Below, one piece after another: positions 1 through 8,203 of a DNA stretch of 38,954 bases. The stretch's first letter is position 1. Each line of letters opens with the position of its first letter. The notes under the pieces are model-generated. The model was not told the origin of the DNA and searched no databases. It saw only the letters and a program-made list of their open reading frames with translations. The translations under genes were made by a program, and so were the position numbers. The DNA lies in contig JALTGF010000019.1 in the NCBI GenBank assembly GCA_027077325.1, positions 1-38,954 of the forward strand, in the 5' to 3' direction. The stretch comes from an archaeon (lineage in GTDB: Archaea > Undinarchaeota > Undinarchaeia > Undinarchaeales > JALTGF01).

Positions 1-311
1 CTAGAGGTTTCAGAAAATTTTGAAATAAATTCCTCTTTTGAGATTTCAATTGGCTCAATTTCAGAATCCAACAGTTTTAGGATTTTATCATATGTACAAT
101 TTTTCTGCGTTTCTTTTGTTAGTTTAAGGATTTTCTTTGAGAGATTAACTGCCTTTTCTTCATTTTCTAGATTAAGACCTTCTTCAACACCACCCCACAT
201 AGAAGATCCCCTAAATTTATTAATCTTTTGAAAAAGTTTGTCAACCTCATTTACATTTGATAATTTTTCAAAAAGGTCTGGGATTTTATTTGAAGTATAT
301 TTTAAGATCAT
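1..311 (-). CDS. hypothetical protein (C-terminus cut by the window edge)
   Basis: Minus-strand frame is open from the ATG at 311-309 (MILKYTSNKIPDLFEKLSNVNEVDKLFQKINKF...) to position 1. It is absent from the ORF track because it has no stop in the window. K/E-rich composition matches neighbouring genes. No family recognised. Confidence 0.4.
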   Translation of the reverse strand, partial: MILKYTSNKIPDLFEKLSNVNEVDKLFQKINKFRGSSMWGGVEEGLNLENEEKAVNLSKKILKLTKETQKNCTYDKILKLLDSEIEPIEISKEEFISKFSETS

Positions 312-347
312 TGGTGTGTTTATGAAAAAAGATGTATTTAAAAATAG

Positions 348-464
348 TGCCCCCGATGGGAATTTCAGCAAGCAGAGCGCTGATCGCGCACTCGTGCTCT
401 GCATTTGAACCCATGTCTTCGCCGTGAGAGGGCGAAATGATTGACCGGACTACACCACAGGGGC
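348..464 (-). tRNA. tRNA-Glu(CUC) interrupted by a 42-nt T-loop intron
   Basis: Minus strand: acceptor GCCCCTG/CGGGGGC (one G-U) plus discriminator A. D-arm GGTGTAGTCCGGTCAATCAT is the archaeal tRNA-Glu signature. Anticodon stem TCGCC/GGCGA, loop CTCTCAC (anticodon CTC). T-stem ATGGG/CCCAT closes only after the insert is removed from TTCAAA^...^T. ORF-track ORF 286..486 lies on top and is not coding. Confidence 0.85.
362..403 (-). other. tRNA intron, T-loop position 59/60, BHB-flanked
   Basis: T-loop TTCA pairs with intronic TGAA (4-bp helix). It is flanked by the 3-nt bulges AAT and ATT, with the T-stem on one side and an intronic GC helix on the other. Internal hairpin GCAGAGC...GCTCTGC. 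The boundary could shift by 1 nt without changing the mature sequence. Confidence 0.7.
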
Positions 465-684
465 AGCTGATGTCAGCTGGCACCATATACTGCGTTCCGC
501 TTGCCTTTAAGTTCTCCCGCGGAAGCAGTATTATTTTCTGCTTTTATTTTCGCCAACATTGAAATCTGATTTTCCTTCCCCATGCTTTCTTTTCTAAAGA
601 AAAGCTGTCTGTTTCTATTTGTGCCAACTTAGGATATTATCTACAAGTAGCAACTAATAAACTTTTCTTTTTTTGTAAAAGCGA

Positions 685-1983
685 TTATGGTCTGAAGCGT
701 TTCATTGTGCGCGGGAAGGAAATTGCATCTTTTATGTTCTTAAGCCCGCAAATCCACGAAATGACCCGTTCGACTCCAACACCATATCCCGAGTGGGGAA
801 CAGCCCCATATTTCCGCAGGTCAAAATACCATTCATAATCACCAGAGCCAGCCCCTTTTTTCTTTAGGTCCTCTTTCATTTGCTTTATGTCATTAGAACG
901 TTCTGAGCCACCGACAATTTCCCGATAGCCCTCCGGGGCAATCATATCAAAGCAAAGAGCAGTTTTTGGATCCTTTGGGTCTGATGGCTTGTAAAATGCC
1001 ATTATGTCCTTTGGATAATTTGTGACAACAACAGGGATTCCAAAATGATCTCCAAGAATTTCTTCCTCCTTTGTGCGGAGGTCCTTCCCCCAGGGGATTT
1101 TCATCCCTTTCTTTTCCAAAATTTTAAGAGCGTCTGTATAGGTGATTGTTGGGTATTCTGCCGTTGCATATTTCTCAAGTAGTTTTATATCCCTTCCAAG
1201 AATCTTAAGTTCAGGTTTGTTTTTTTCAAGCACTTTCTTAATTATAAATTTAATTTCATCCTTTGCAACCTCTGTTATTTCATCTAACTTCATCCATGCG
1301 GCTTCCATCTCGGCCATCCAGAATTCAGCAATATGCATTGCGGTTTTTGATGGCTCTGCCCTAAAAGTAGGTGCAACATCGTATATTTTTTCCAATGCAA
1401 AAATCCCTGCCTCTGCGTAAAGTTGCCAGGACTGCGTCAAATACATAATCTCGTCAAAGTACTTTACTTTAAACAAAGTCATTGTGCCCTCGCAGGCCGT
1501 TGGGGTAAGAATCGGGGGATCGAACTCATAATAGCCACGGCTCCTGAAAAATTCGTGGATTGCACCAAGAACTGTACTCCTTATTTTTAGGATTGCAATC
1601 ATTTTTTGAGAGCGAAGCCAAAGATGTCTTACATCAAGTAAGAATTCTTCACTTAGATCGCGGCCAATTGGGAATGGCTCGGCAAGCCCCACAATTTCCA
1701 ATTCAGAAATGTCAATTTCAAAGCCACCTGGAGCACGGGAGTCTTCGCGAACTTTTCCAGTTAGGGTTAGAGAACTTTCAATCGTAATTTTTTGCGCGTT
1801 TTTAAATGCTTTTTCTCCTTCTTTTGATACTGCCTGGATTATTCCTGAGGAATCACGAATCACTAAAAAAACCTTGTCTTTCAATTCGCGCTTTCTGTAA
1901 ACCCAACCCCGAATAGAAACTTCTTTTCCAACTTTTTCTTTGCTTAGTGTGTCTTTTATTGGGATAAATTTTTTTGCCATCAT
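685..1983 (-). CDS. asnS: asparaginyl-tRNA synthetase (class IIb Asn/Asp family)
   Basis: 432 aa. N-terminal OB fold (VSIRGWVYRKRELKDKVFLVIRDSSG). Motif 2 FRAEPSKTAMHIAEFWMAEME. DYEWYFDLRKYGAVPHSGYGVGVER and the C-terminal FPRTMKRFRP. AEFWM and WYFDLRKYG read as AsnRS rather than AspRS. Confidence 0.8.
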   Translation of the reverse strand: MMAKKFIPIKDTLSKEKVGKEVSIRGWVYRKRELKDKVFLVIRDSSGIIQAVSKEGEKAFKNAQKITIESSLTLTGKVREDSRAPGGFEIDISELEIVGLAEPFPIGRDLSEEFLLDVRHLWLRSQKMIAILKIRSTVLGAIHEFFRSRGYYEFDPPILTPTACEGTMTLFKVKYFDEIMYLTQSWQLYAEAGIFALEKIYDVAPTFRAEPSKTAMHIAEFWMAEMEAAWMKLDEITEVAKDEIKFIIKKVLEKNKPELKILGRDIKLLEKYATAEYPTITYTDALKILEKKGMKIPWGKDLRTKEEEILGDHFGIPVVVTNYPKDIMAFYKPSDPKDPKTALCFDMIAPEGYREIVGGSERSNDIKQMKEDLKKKGAGSGDYEWYFDLRKYGAVPHSGYGVGVERVISWICGLKNIKDAISFPRTMKRFRP

Positions 1984-2050
1984 AGGAGTATTAGAAATAA
2001 GGATAATATATAGTTAGCGCCATTAGAACAGCGATAACCAGATCGATAAT

Positions 2051-2689
2051 TTAACCAGCAGCAAGCGTCATCACATAGTTAAAAAATCGTTCTCCCAGGT
2101 ATGTTATAAAGAAAAACTGGATTGGAAACATAACCATCCCATTAATTAGTGCCATTGGGAGTGGCTCCCTTGCAAAAAATGGCAAGAAGATAATCATATA
2201 AACTACATAGATTCCTATGCTAAGCATATAAACGAATGTCAAATTGGCAAGCACATAATCCGTGCCAAGAATTCTGAAGATTGGAACTAAAGTTATGACC
2301 CATAAGGAAAAGTAAATAAACTGGGCAATTGAGCTTTGCACACCTTTAGTTATTGCAAAGTCAAATGGGGTTGGGCGTGTCGCTATTTGCAGATATATGA
2401 AAGTTGTTATTGCAATCATTATAAGAGCAGGTATTGCCCCAAAAAACAGTGTCACAGGAAACAAAATAAAAGTTACAAATCCAATCCCAACTTTTACTAA
2501 AATTGAAAGGCGGGTAAGGAGAAGCATTGTTGTAAGAATTGTTAAGCCAACCAGGGGGCTATTTTCATGTGGTGCCTTGAAAATTGTAAAAAGCATTATT
2601 GCAAGAAGAAACCCAAACACAAGGAAGATACTTAATATTATTTGAGCAGGAGACATCTTAAAGATGTAATCTTTAAATGATTTGGCCAT
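2051..2689 (-). CDS. polytopic membrane protein, unknown function
   Basis: 212 aa with about 6 hydrophobic helices and an ATG start. Same strand as its flanking genes. No recognisable motif. Confidence 0.6.
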   Translation of the reverse strand: MAKSFKDYIFKMSPAQIILSIFLVFGFLLAIMLFTIFKAPHENSPLVGLTILTTMLLLTRLSILVKVGIGFVTFILFPVTLFFGAIPALIMIAITTFIYLQIATRPTPFDFAITKGVQSSIAQFIYFSLWVITLVPIFRILGTDYVLANLTFVYMLSIGIYVVYMIIFLPFFAREPLPMALINGMVMFPIQFFFITYLGERFFNYVMTLAAG

Positions 2690-2728
2690 TCTAAAAAAAT
2701 ATCAGCGCAAGATGTATAAAAATATTCG

Positions 2729-5461
2729 CTATGACTTGAATGGCAAAGATAATACGTATTTACACCTAAGAGCAGCCCGCTTTAGATATTTTACACGACC
2801 AAACCCTTTTTCAGGATAAAGTGTGTTATAATATGCATGAATCCGGACCAAAGCATCTTGCAGTTTTGGATCAACGGTTACTGCATCCCACTCGAAATCA
2901 GCCTCTGCCCATTTGTCAAGAACTTTTACGAAGTTAAGGACTACATTGACATTGTGAGACAAGATTTCATCCTTACTTAAATCCTTGAGTTCTTCTTTAC
3001 GATCAACGGAAACATCCACTGACCATCTACGTCTTAATTTTTGAAGTTTTCTGAGTAAACTTATCGAGTTAGCTCCAAAAGTAAATTGGTCTGGAACCCA
3101 ATGTCTCCCTATTGAGAGGTACTTTGAGACAGAATCCAAGAGTACAATAATGACATCAATTATTTGTTGCGTCTTCTTTTGTAAATCCCAATAGGATTCA
3201 ATAGCATGCTGAACATTTCCATCAAATACCTTATCTAAGACTTCTTTAAGGTTATTTTTTACGAACAGATCACGGGTTATTTCATTAAAAGTGGCATCGG
3301 GAGGGATTCCAAGTTCAATACCAAATAACTGCAATAGCTCTAATTTTGCACTTTTCAAGCTTTTCTCCTGGCTCCAGAACAAAAGATTTCGTTTCTTTAT
3401 TGATGCCTTTACTACATCATTGTACCACTCTTTTGAGACTTCAAGAAAATTATCTACTGACTGAGAGAAGTATTTCACATTTTCCCCATATTGAATAGTT
3501 GCCTTAAATGTTTCAACAATCCCCAGACTGTGTAAACGATTGAGGACAACACGCCCCTGGGGGGAAAGATACCCGCCGCCCCGACTAGATGGAGCAATTA
3601 TCCCAGTTTTTCTTGCAATTTCAAACTTTCCAAGACCATGAGGCTCCTTAGCAAGAGCCAATATAATTTTCTCAGCAAAGGTCAATTCATTCTCTGATTC
3701 TTTTTTATTTACAAACGAAATTCTAGGGTATCCCCATGCCCTTAATGAAGGAAGGTAAACATCATAGTAAAATGAGCGCCCTTTACTTGTTACATAAAAA
3801 CCACGTTCTTTAACTACTAGCCCAGATTCCAAAATCCACTTATCTAGTCTGTACCTTTGCCAAGAATCTTTTTTATTTGCTAATTTCCAAGGGGTCCGAT
3901 TATTCGAAAGCAAAAACAAAAGATAAGCAATTTCATTTTTAGTAACAACATCAGATTGCTTAGTGAGGAAATACTTTTCAAAAAACGTGTCTAGGTCAAC
4001 TTTTAAGGCCTTTAACACCTTTTGAAGGGATTTCCAGATTTTGATTCCTTCTTGAGTAGCATATAATAATTTTAGAGATGAAATGTTTTTATCAATTTTT
4101 TTAGTGATGATTCCAGCATTTTCAAGCCGATGAACGCTAGTTAATAGTTGAGGCAACGCCTTCCCAAAATCAGTCATAAGCTCATTTGTGTACAATGGCT
4201 TTCCATTATTCTGTGCAATCACTACCTTATTTAGAACCCACAACAGATTTCTACAGCCAGAGCCCAAGTTTTCATTGGATGATTCAAAAAAATTATGTGA
4301 CTTTAATTGAGATATAAAATCAAGATAAAGGGTGATTATCTTTGGCTTTTTGTGTAAAAGATTGAGCAATGCCATTCGGCTCATAGTTCCCTGCAAGCCC
4401 TTTTGATTAATCTTTTTTAAAAGAGCATAATATTTTTTCCCTTTCTCTTGAGTTACATATGTTGTTTTAAGATGCTCGACAAATCCTATATGCTGAAATT
4501 TTCTAATTGCAAGTTCATGAACAGGGACGCTGTAATTTTTACACCACCCCCAAAGTTGTGGATGGTCTTTATCAAGTATCTTCTTTAAAGAAAAAACGTA
4601 TTCTTTCGTAAGTTTTTTTGAGCTAATTGGCCAATACTCCATTAGCAGCCTTAAGGTGCACATATCACCCGGTGAAATACGTTTCATAGTATTAGGGAGG
4701 TCTTTTGAGAGTTGCCCAAGGTAATAGTCAGGCTCTCGGTATTTGATAGAGTATGACCCATGCTCAGATTTGACAAGTAAGCTCCCTTTTTTAGAAAGCT
4801 GATAGTATTTTAAAACTTTAGGATTTATGTTTGGTGGCTCATAATTTTGGATGATGCCCCCATCCTTTAATGTTTCTAGCAGGGTAAACTTCCGTTTATT
4901 AATGCTATACATTGGTTTAACAAGAACTAGTTGTGGGAATAACTTCGTAAAATCTTCAAAAGGAAAAGGGTTTAATTCATGTTTCTTAAAATTATCTGAG
5001 ATTCGCTCCATAAACCCCAAGCGAGTGTGGCCGATCCCAAGATAAAAAAAGAGAGTTTCCCCATGAAGGCCTATAACATATCCGTTTATGCCTTGCCTCC
5101 AATTATCTATAAGATTATTCTGGAGGGGCAGCATTACTTTTTCTACAAAATGCTTTCCAAACCGGGTAAGCTCATAAGTTGTAGGGGGATATTTTTTTAC
5201 AAGCTTGTAGTCAGTTAAAGGAGCATACACTCTGTACAATGCAAGTGATTCAAGTGGCCTTGTATTAGTGATTGTACCTTTTTTATAGAGTTGCATTAAG
5301 AAATCCCATCGTTCATAAGATGCCAAAACAGAGTACAACATTATCTGGGCTTCTCTAAGAGTCCGTATTTCACTTAAAGGTTTAAATTCAAACGCCATTA
5401 GAATGGATTCCCTATAATTAATTAACCCATTAGATACACATATACATAAGATAAATGCCAT
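2729..5461 (-). CDS. large (about 890-910 aa) protein of tandem winged-helix-like modules, unknown function
   Basis: Long uninterrupted ORF. A recurring wing-like motif Y-x-[LVT]-[TS]-x-x-G occurs at about aa 96, 220, 335, 467 and 556. There is a clear MarR/TrmB-like wHTH at about aa 596-650 (EKIILALAKEPHGLGKFEIARKTG...VVLNRLHSLGIVE). No Walker A motif. Alternative ATG at 5398 (MAFEFKPL...) is equally possible. Confidence 0.7.
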   Translation of the reverse strand: MAFILCICVSNGLINYRESILMAFEFKPLSEIRTLREAQIMLYSVLASYERWDFLMQLYKKGTITNTRPLESLALYRVYAPLTDYKLVKKYPPTTYELTRFGKHFVEKVMLPLQNNLIDNWRQGINGYVIGLHGETLFFYLGIGHTRLGFMERISDNFKKHELNPFPFEDFTKLFPQLVLVKPMYSINKRKFTLLETLKDGGIIQNYEPPNINPKVLKYYQLSKKGSLLVKSEHGSYSIKYREPDYYLGQLSKDLPNTMKRISPGDMCTLRLLMEYWPISSKKLTKEYVFSLKKILDKDHPQLWGWCKNYSVPVHELAIRKFQHIGFVEHLKTTYVTQEKGKKYYALLKKINQKGLQGTMSRMALLNLLHKKPKIITLYLDFISQLKSHNFFESSNENLGSGCRNLLWVLNKVVIAQNNGKPLYTNELMTDFGKALPQLLTSVHRLENAGIITKKIDKNISSLKLLYATQEGIKIWKSLQKVLKALKVDLDTFFEKYFLTKQSDVVTKNEIAYLLFLLSNNRTPWKLANKKDSWQRYRLDKWILESGLVVKERGFYVTSKGRSFYYDVYLPSLRAWGYPRISFVNKKESENELTFAEKIILALAKEPHGLGKFEIARKTGIIAPSSRGGGYLSPQGRVVLNRLHSLGIVETFKATIQYGENVKYFSQSVDNFLEVSKEWYNDVVKASIKKRNLLFWSQEKSLKSAKLELLQLFGIELGIPPDATFNEITRDLFVKNNLKEVLDKVFDGNVQHAIESYWDLQKKTQQIIDVIIVLLDSVSKYLSIGRHWVPDQFTFGANSISLLRKLQKLRRRWSVDVSVDRKEELKDLSKDEILSHNVNVVLNFVKVLDKWAEADFEWDAVTVDPKLQDALVRIHAYYNTLYPEKGFGRVKYLKRAALRCKYVLSLPFKS

Positions 5462-5707
5462 ATAAAAGTCTTTTTACTGATATAAGATAAAAACCTTTAA
5501 ATACCTTTTAGAATTAATTAGAAGTATATAGCAATTTAAACTCACGCAAATCTTCATAAACCGCCAGCGGCAACTGGCAAATCAGATTTGCAATCGCGTG
5601 TATTTTTAGATAGCCCTATTCAGGAAATTATCCATCGATTTCTAAGAGGAAGTAATTCAAGGTAGTATAAAAATGTTTCGAAAATATAAAAATGGGAGGT
5701 TGAGTCG

Positions 5708-6835
5708 ATGGAGTTTACAATAGGAAATGCCATAAATGACCAAATTCCGGCAGAGGTTGTTGAAAGGCAAGAAAATAAAGTTGGCCGGGCAAGGATAGTT
5801 GTTATTGGAGCAGGTGGCGCTGGCAATAATTCAATAACTAGGCTAATGAATATGGGAGGCGTAAAAGGGGCTAAATCCGTTATTGTCAATACAGATATGC
5901 AACATCTTGAAATTTCAAAAGCAGATTCAAAAATATTAATTGGATACAACATAACTGAAGGACTTGGCGCGGGGGGGTTTCCAGAAGTTGGAAAACAAGC
6001 AGCAGAGTCTAGCAGAAAAGAGCTAAGAGAAGTCCTTAAAGGGGCACACCTAGTATTTTTAACATGTGGTCTTGGCGGCGGCACGGGAACTGGTTCACTC
6101 CCAGTAATTGCAGAAATTGCAAAAAAAGAAAAAGCAATTGTTGTTGCAACCGTTACAACACCATTTGATCTTGAAAAGGCAAGATTGGCAAAAGCAGAAG
6201 AAGGCTTGCTTGAACTAAAACAAAATGCAGACACTGTTATTGTAATAGACAACAACAAACTCGTAGATTACTATCCTAATCTTCCATTAAACCAAGCATT
6301 TGCGATGGCTGATGAATTGATTGCTAGCATGATTAAGGGGATTACTGAAACAATAACAGTTCCAAGTTTGATGAACCTTGATTTTGCAGATGTTAAAACA
6401 ATTATGACACAAGGCGGCGTTGCAATGATTGGCGTTGGCGAAAGTGACACTCAAAACAAGGTGCATGAAGCCGTTGAAAATGCGTTAAAGCACCCACTTT
6501 TAGATGTTGACTATCGGGGCGCAAACGGTGCACTAATTCATATAACCGGTGGACCAGAAATGACACTTGCACAGGTAACTGAAGCAGGAGAAATAATCTC
6601 AAATTCAATGAGCCCAGATGCACAGATAATTTGGGGCGCAAGAGTAGACCCGGATATGGGTGGAAAGATTAGGGTGATGACCATAGTAACTGGGGTTCAT
6701 AGCCCAAACATAATTGGAAAAAACAACGGCCTTGGGATAAAAATGATTAAAGCACAAAGCCCAAAGCAAATGGCCAGGGGTCTAGGAGGTGGAAAACCAC
6801 AAGCGCTAAGGGAACTTTCCATAGATTACCTGTAA
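5708..6835 (+). CDS. ftsZ: cell division GTPase FtsZ
   Basis: 375 aa. GAGGAGNN loop and tubulin signature GLGGGTGTGSLPVIAEIAKK. GGGAGGT Shine-Dalgarno sequence 7 nt upstream of the ATG. Confidence 0.95.
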   Translation: MEFTIGNAINDQIPAEVVERQENKVGRARIVVIGAGGAGNNSITRLMNMGGVKGAKSVIVNTDMQHLEISKADSKILIGYNITEGLGAGGFPEVGKQAAESSRKELREVLKGAHLVFLTCGLGGGTGTGSLPVIAEIAKKEKAIVVATVTTPFDLEKARLAKAEEGLLELKQNADTVIVIDNNKLVDYYPNLPLNQAFAMADELIASMIKGITETITVPSLMNLDFADVKTIMTQGGVAMIGVGESDTQNKVHEAVENALKHPLLDVDYRGANGALIHITGGPEMTLAQVTEAGEIISNSMSPDAQIIWGARVDPDMGGKIRVMTIVTGVHSPNIIGKNNGLGIKMIKAQSPKQMARGLGGGKPQALRELSIDYL

Positions 6836-6881
6836 CGCTTATTTCTCAAAAGGGAGTTCAGCCATATTACCACCCAAACGA

Positions 6882-6925
6882 CCGGGCCCAATCCCTCAGG
6901 GCCCGGCCCTCCCCTTTTAATTTTT
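6882..6925 (+). terminator. G+C-rich hairpin plus T-tract downstream of ftsZ
   Basis: CCGGGCCC (6882-6889) pairs perfectly with GGGCCCGG (6899-6906) over a 9-nt loop, followed by CCCTCCCCTTTTAATTTTT. It sits between the convergent ftsZ and the 6975..7577 gene, so it could act in both directions. Confidence 0.45.
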
Positions 6926-6974
6926 AAAAAAGATTTCAGAGATTAGAACAAAAATAAAAAAATTAAATTTAGGA

Positions 6975-7577
6975 TTATAAAGAGAGATTAATAGAGTGAA
7001 GCGCGGCGTTTTTAATTTTGTTCCACCACTGCTTGTGTATTTCTAAGACATTTTTATCGATGTGCTTTACAAATGCCGATTGTATGTCTTTTATTACAGA
7101 TGGCCCTATGTCAAAAAGATAACTTTCAATAGCTTGAAGAATTCTAGCATCGTAAAGATCTTGACGTCCATCAACTAATATAAATGGATAAAATATTTCA
7201 GGCTCAAGAGTGGGCAGTTCATTAGCAATGCCAAGCTCTTTTGGAGTTCTTCCCTGAACACTAATCTCAATTGGGGTATTACAGTTTTTAACTCGCTCGC
7301 CAGTAAATCCAGCACATAACTCATCAGGAAGGCCATCAACAATATCTTTAACAAATGATTCGTATTTCCTCAATGGTTTATCTCCTTTAATTCCAATCCA
7401 GACATCTATGTCTCCGGAATGCTTTGAAGGACGATTTACAGAACTCCCGACAATAATTGCATATGCAAACTCATCGCCAAGTTTTTCTTTAATACTTAAA
7501 ACAATTTTTTTAATCCTTGAAATTTCTAAAAATAACTTAGGGAACAACCCACTTTTTTTGGCAGTTTTTAGATCCAT
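6975..7577 (-). CDS. Pol-beta-superfamily nucleotidyltransferase domain protein
   Basis: 200 aa. Minimal NTase motif G-S-x(10)-D-I-D in IIVGSSVNRPSKHSGDIDVWIGI, with a helical C-terminal half. Substrate unknown. Confidence 0.55.
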   Translation of the reverse strand: MDLKTAKKSGLFPKLFLEISRIKKIVLSIKEKLGDEFAYAIIVGSSVNRPSKHSGDIDVWIGIKGDKPLRKYESFVKDIVDGLPDELCAGFTGERVKNCNTPIEISVQGRTPKELGIANELPTLEPEIFYPFILVDGRQDLYDARILQAIESYLFDIGPSVIKDIQSAFVKHIDKNVLEIHKQWWNKIKNAALHSINLSL

Positions 7578-7625
7578 ATGAAATAGTTGGAAGTTGGCTC
7601 ATAAATATGTTTTGATTTATTAGGA

Positions 7626-7647
7626 TTATTTTCCATATGGAAAATAA
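7626..7647. promoter_or_regulatory. 22-bp perfect palindrome, candidate operator upstream of the nucleotidyltransferase gene
   Basis: TTATTTTCCATATGGAAAATAA is its own reverse complement. It lies 49-70 nt upstream of the ATG at 7577, just distal to a TATA-like ATATTTAT. Confidence 0.3.
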
Positions 7648-7709
7648 AAGAAGAGCAACCAATCTAAGAGTTTTAAAAATAAAAAAAGAAAAGAAAAAGG
7701 GTATTTGCA

Positions 7710-8000
7710 CTATTTAGTTGATATTAAGTCACTTGCAATTAAGAATGCTCCAATAAGGAAGAGTATCCATGCGATTACTTCCCAGAGTATTCCTAAACCG
7801 TACTGTGCTTGGGCAAGGCTTGGCAATGCCCAGAAGCCGATTGAAGTCGCTGCATCTAAGAAGAGGAAGAAAATACCTGCTACAAAGAATCCAATCCCCT
7901 TCATAATCTTGTTCAGAAGTCCACTGTATTTTAGCAACACTAGGCCGATCAGGATAAATAGTGCGAGTTCGACCGATGGATTTGGTGCTAGTAGTGTCAT
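7710..8000 (-). CDS. small membrane protein (about 3 TM), unknown function
   Basis: 96 aa, strongly hydrophobic (GIGFFVAGIFFLFLDAATSIGFWAL...). TTTTTATATAGGG TATA-like box about 30 nt upstream of its ATG. Preferred over the overlapping ORFs 7705..8019(+) and 7729..8073(-). Confidence 0.5.
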   Translation of the reverse strand: MTLLAPNPSVELALFILIGLVLLKYSGLLNKIMKGIGFFVAGIFFLFLDAATSIGFWALPSLAQAQYGLGILWEVIAWILFLIGAFLIASDLISTK

Positions 8001-8203
8001 GTTGATCAGGACAAGATAAGGAAGCCCTATATAAAAACCTTTGTTTTAACTTTAAAGGGGTAAAAAACGGCAAATTCGCAATTAAATCGAAATCAAGAGC
8101 TAAATTTTTAATTATTTAGAAAAAGAAAAAGAAATTTTAAATTAAATTGAAAAAATATTCTGTGAAAAGCTTAAATTACTTAGAAGCATATAGATAATTA
8201 ACA

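Noticed and set aside
286-486. 66-aa ORF on the minus strand from the ORF track
   Set aside because: It is the tRNA-Glu(CUC) gene plus its intron read as protein. The G+C-rich open frame is a by-product of RNA structure.
5620-6258. 212-aa antisense ORF opposite ftsZ
   Set aside because: ftsZ is unambiguous on the plus strand. The antisense product is low-complexity S/P/A/F-rich shadow.
7705-8073. Competing ORFs 7705..8019(+) and 7729..8073(-)
   Set aside because: Both overlap the hydrophobic 7710..8000(-) ORF, which has a TATA-like box at the right distance. Their translations are R/S/C/K-rich with no membrane or globular character.
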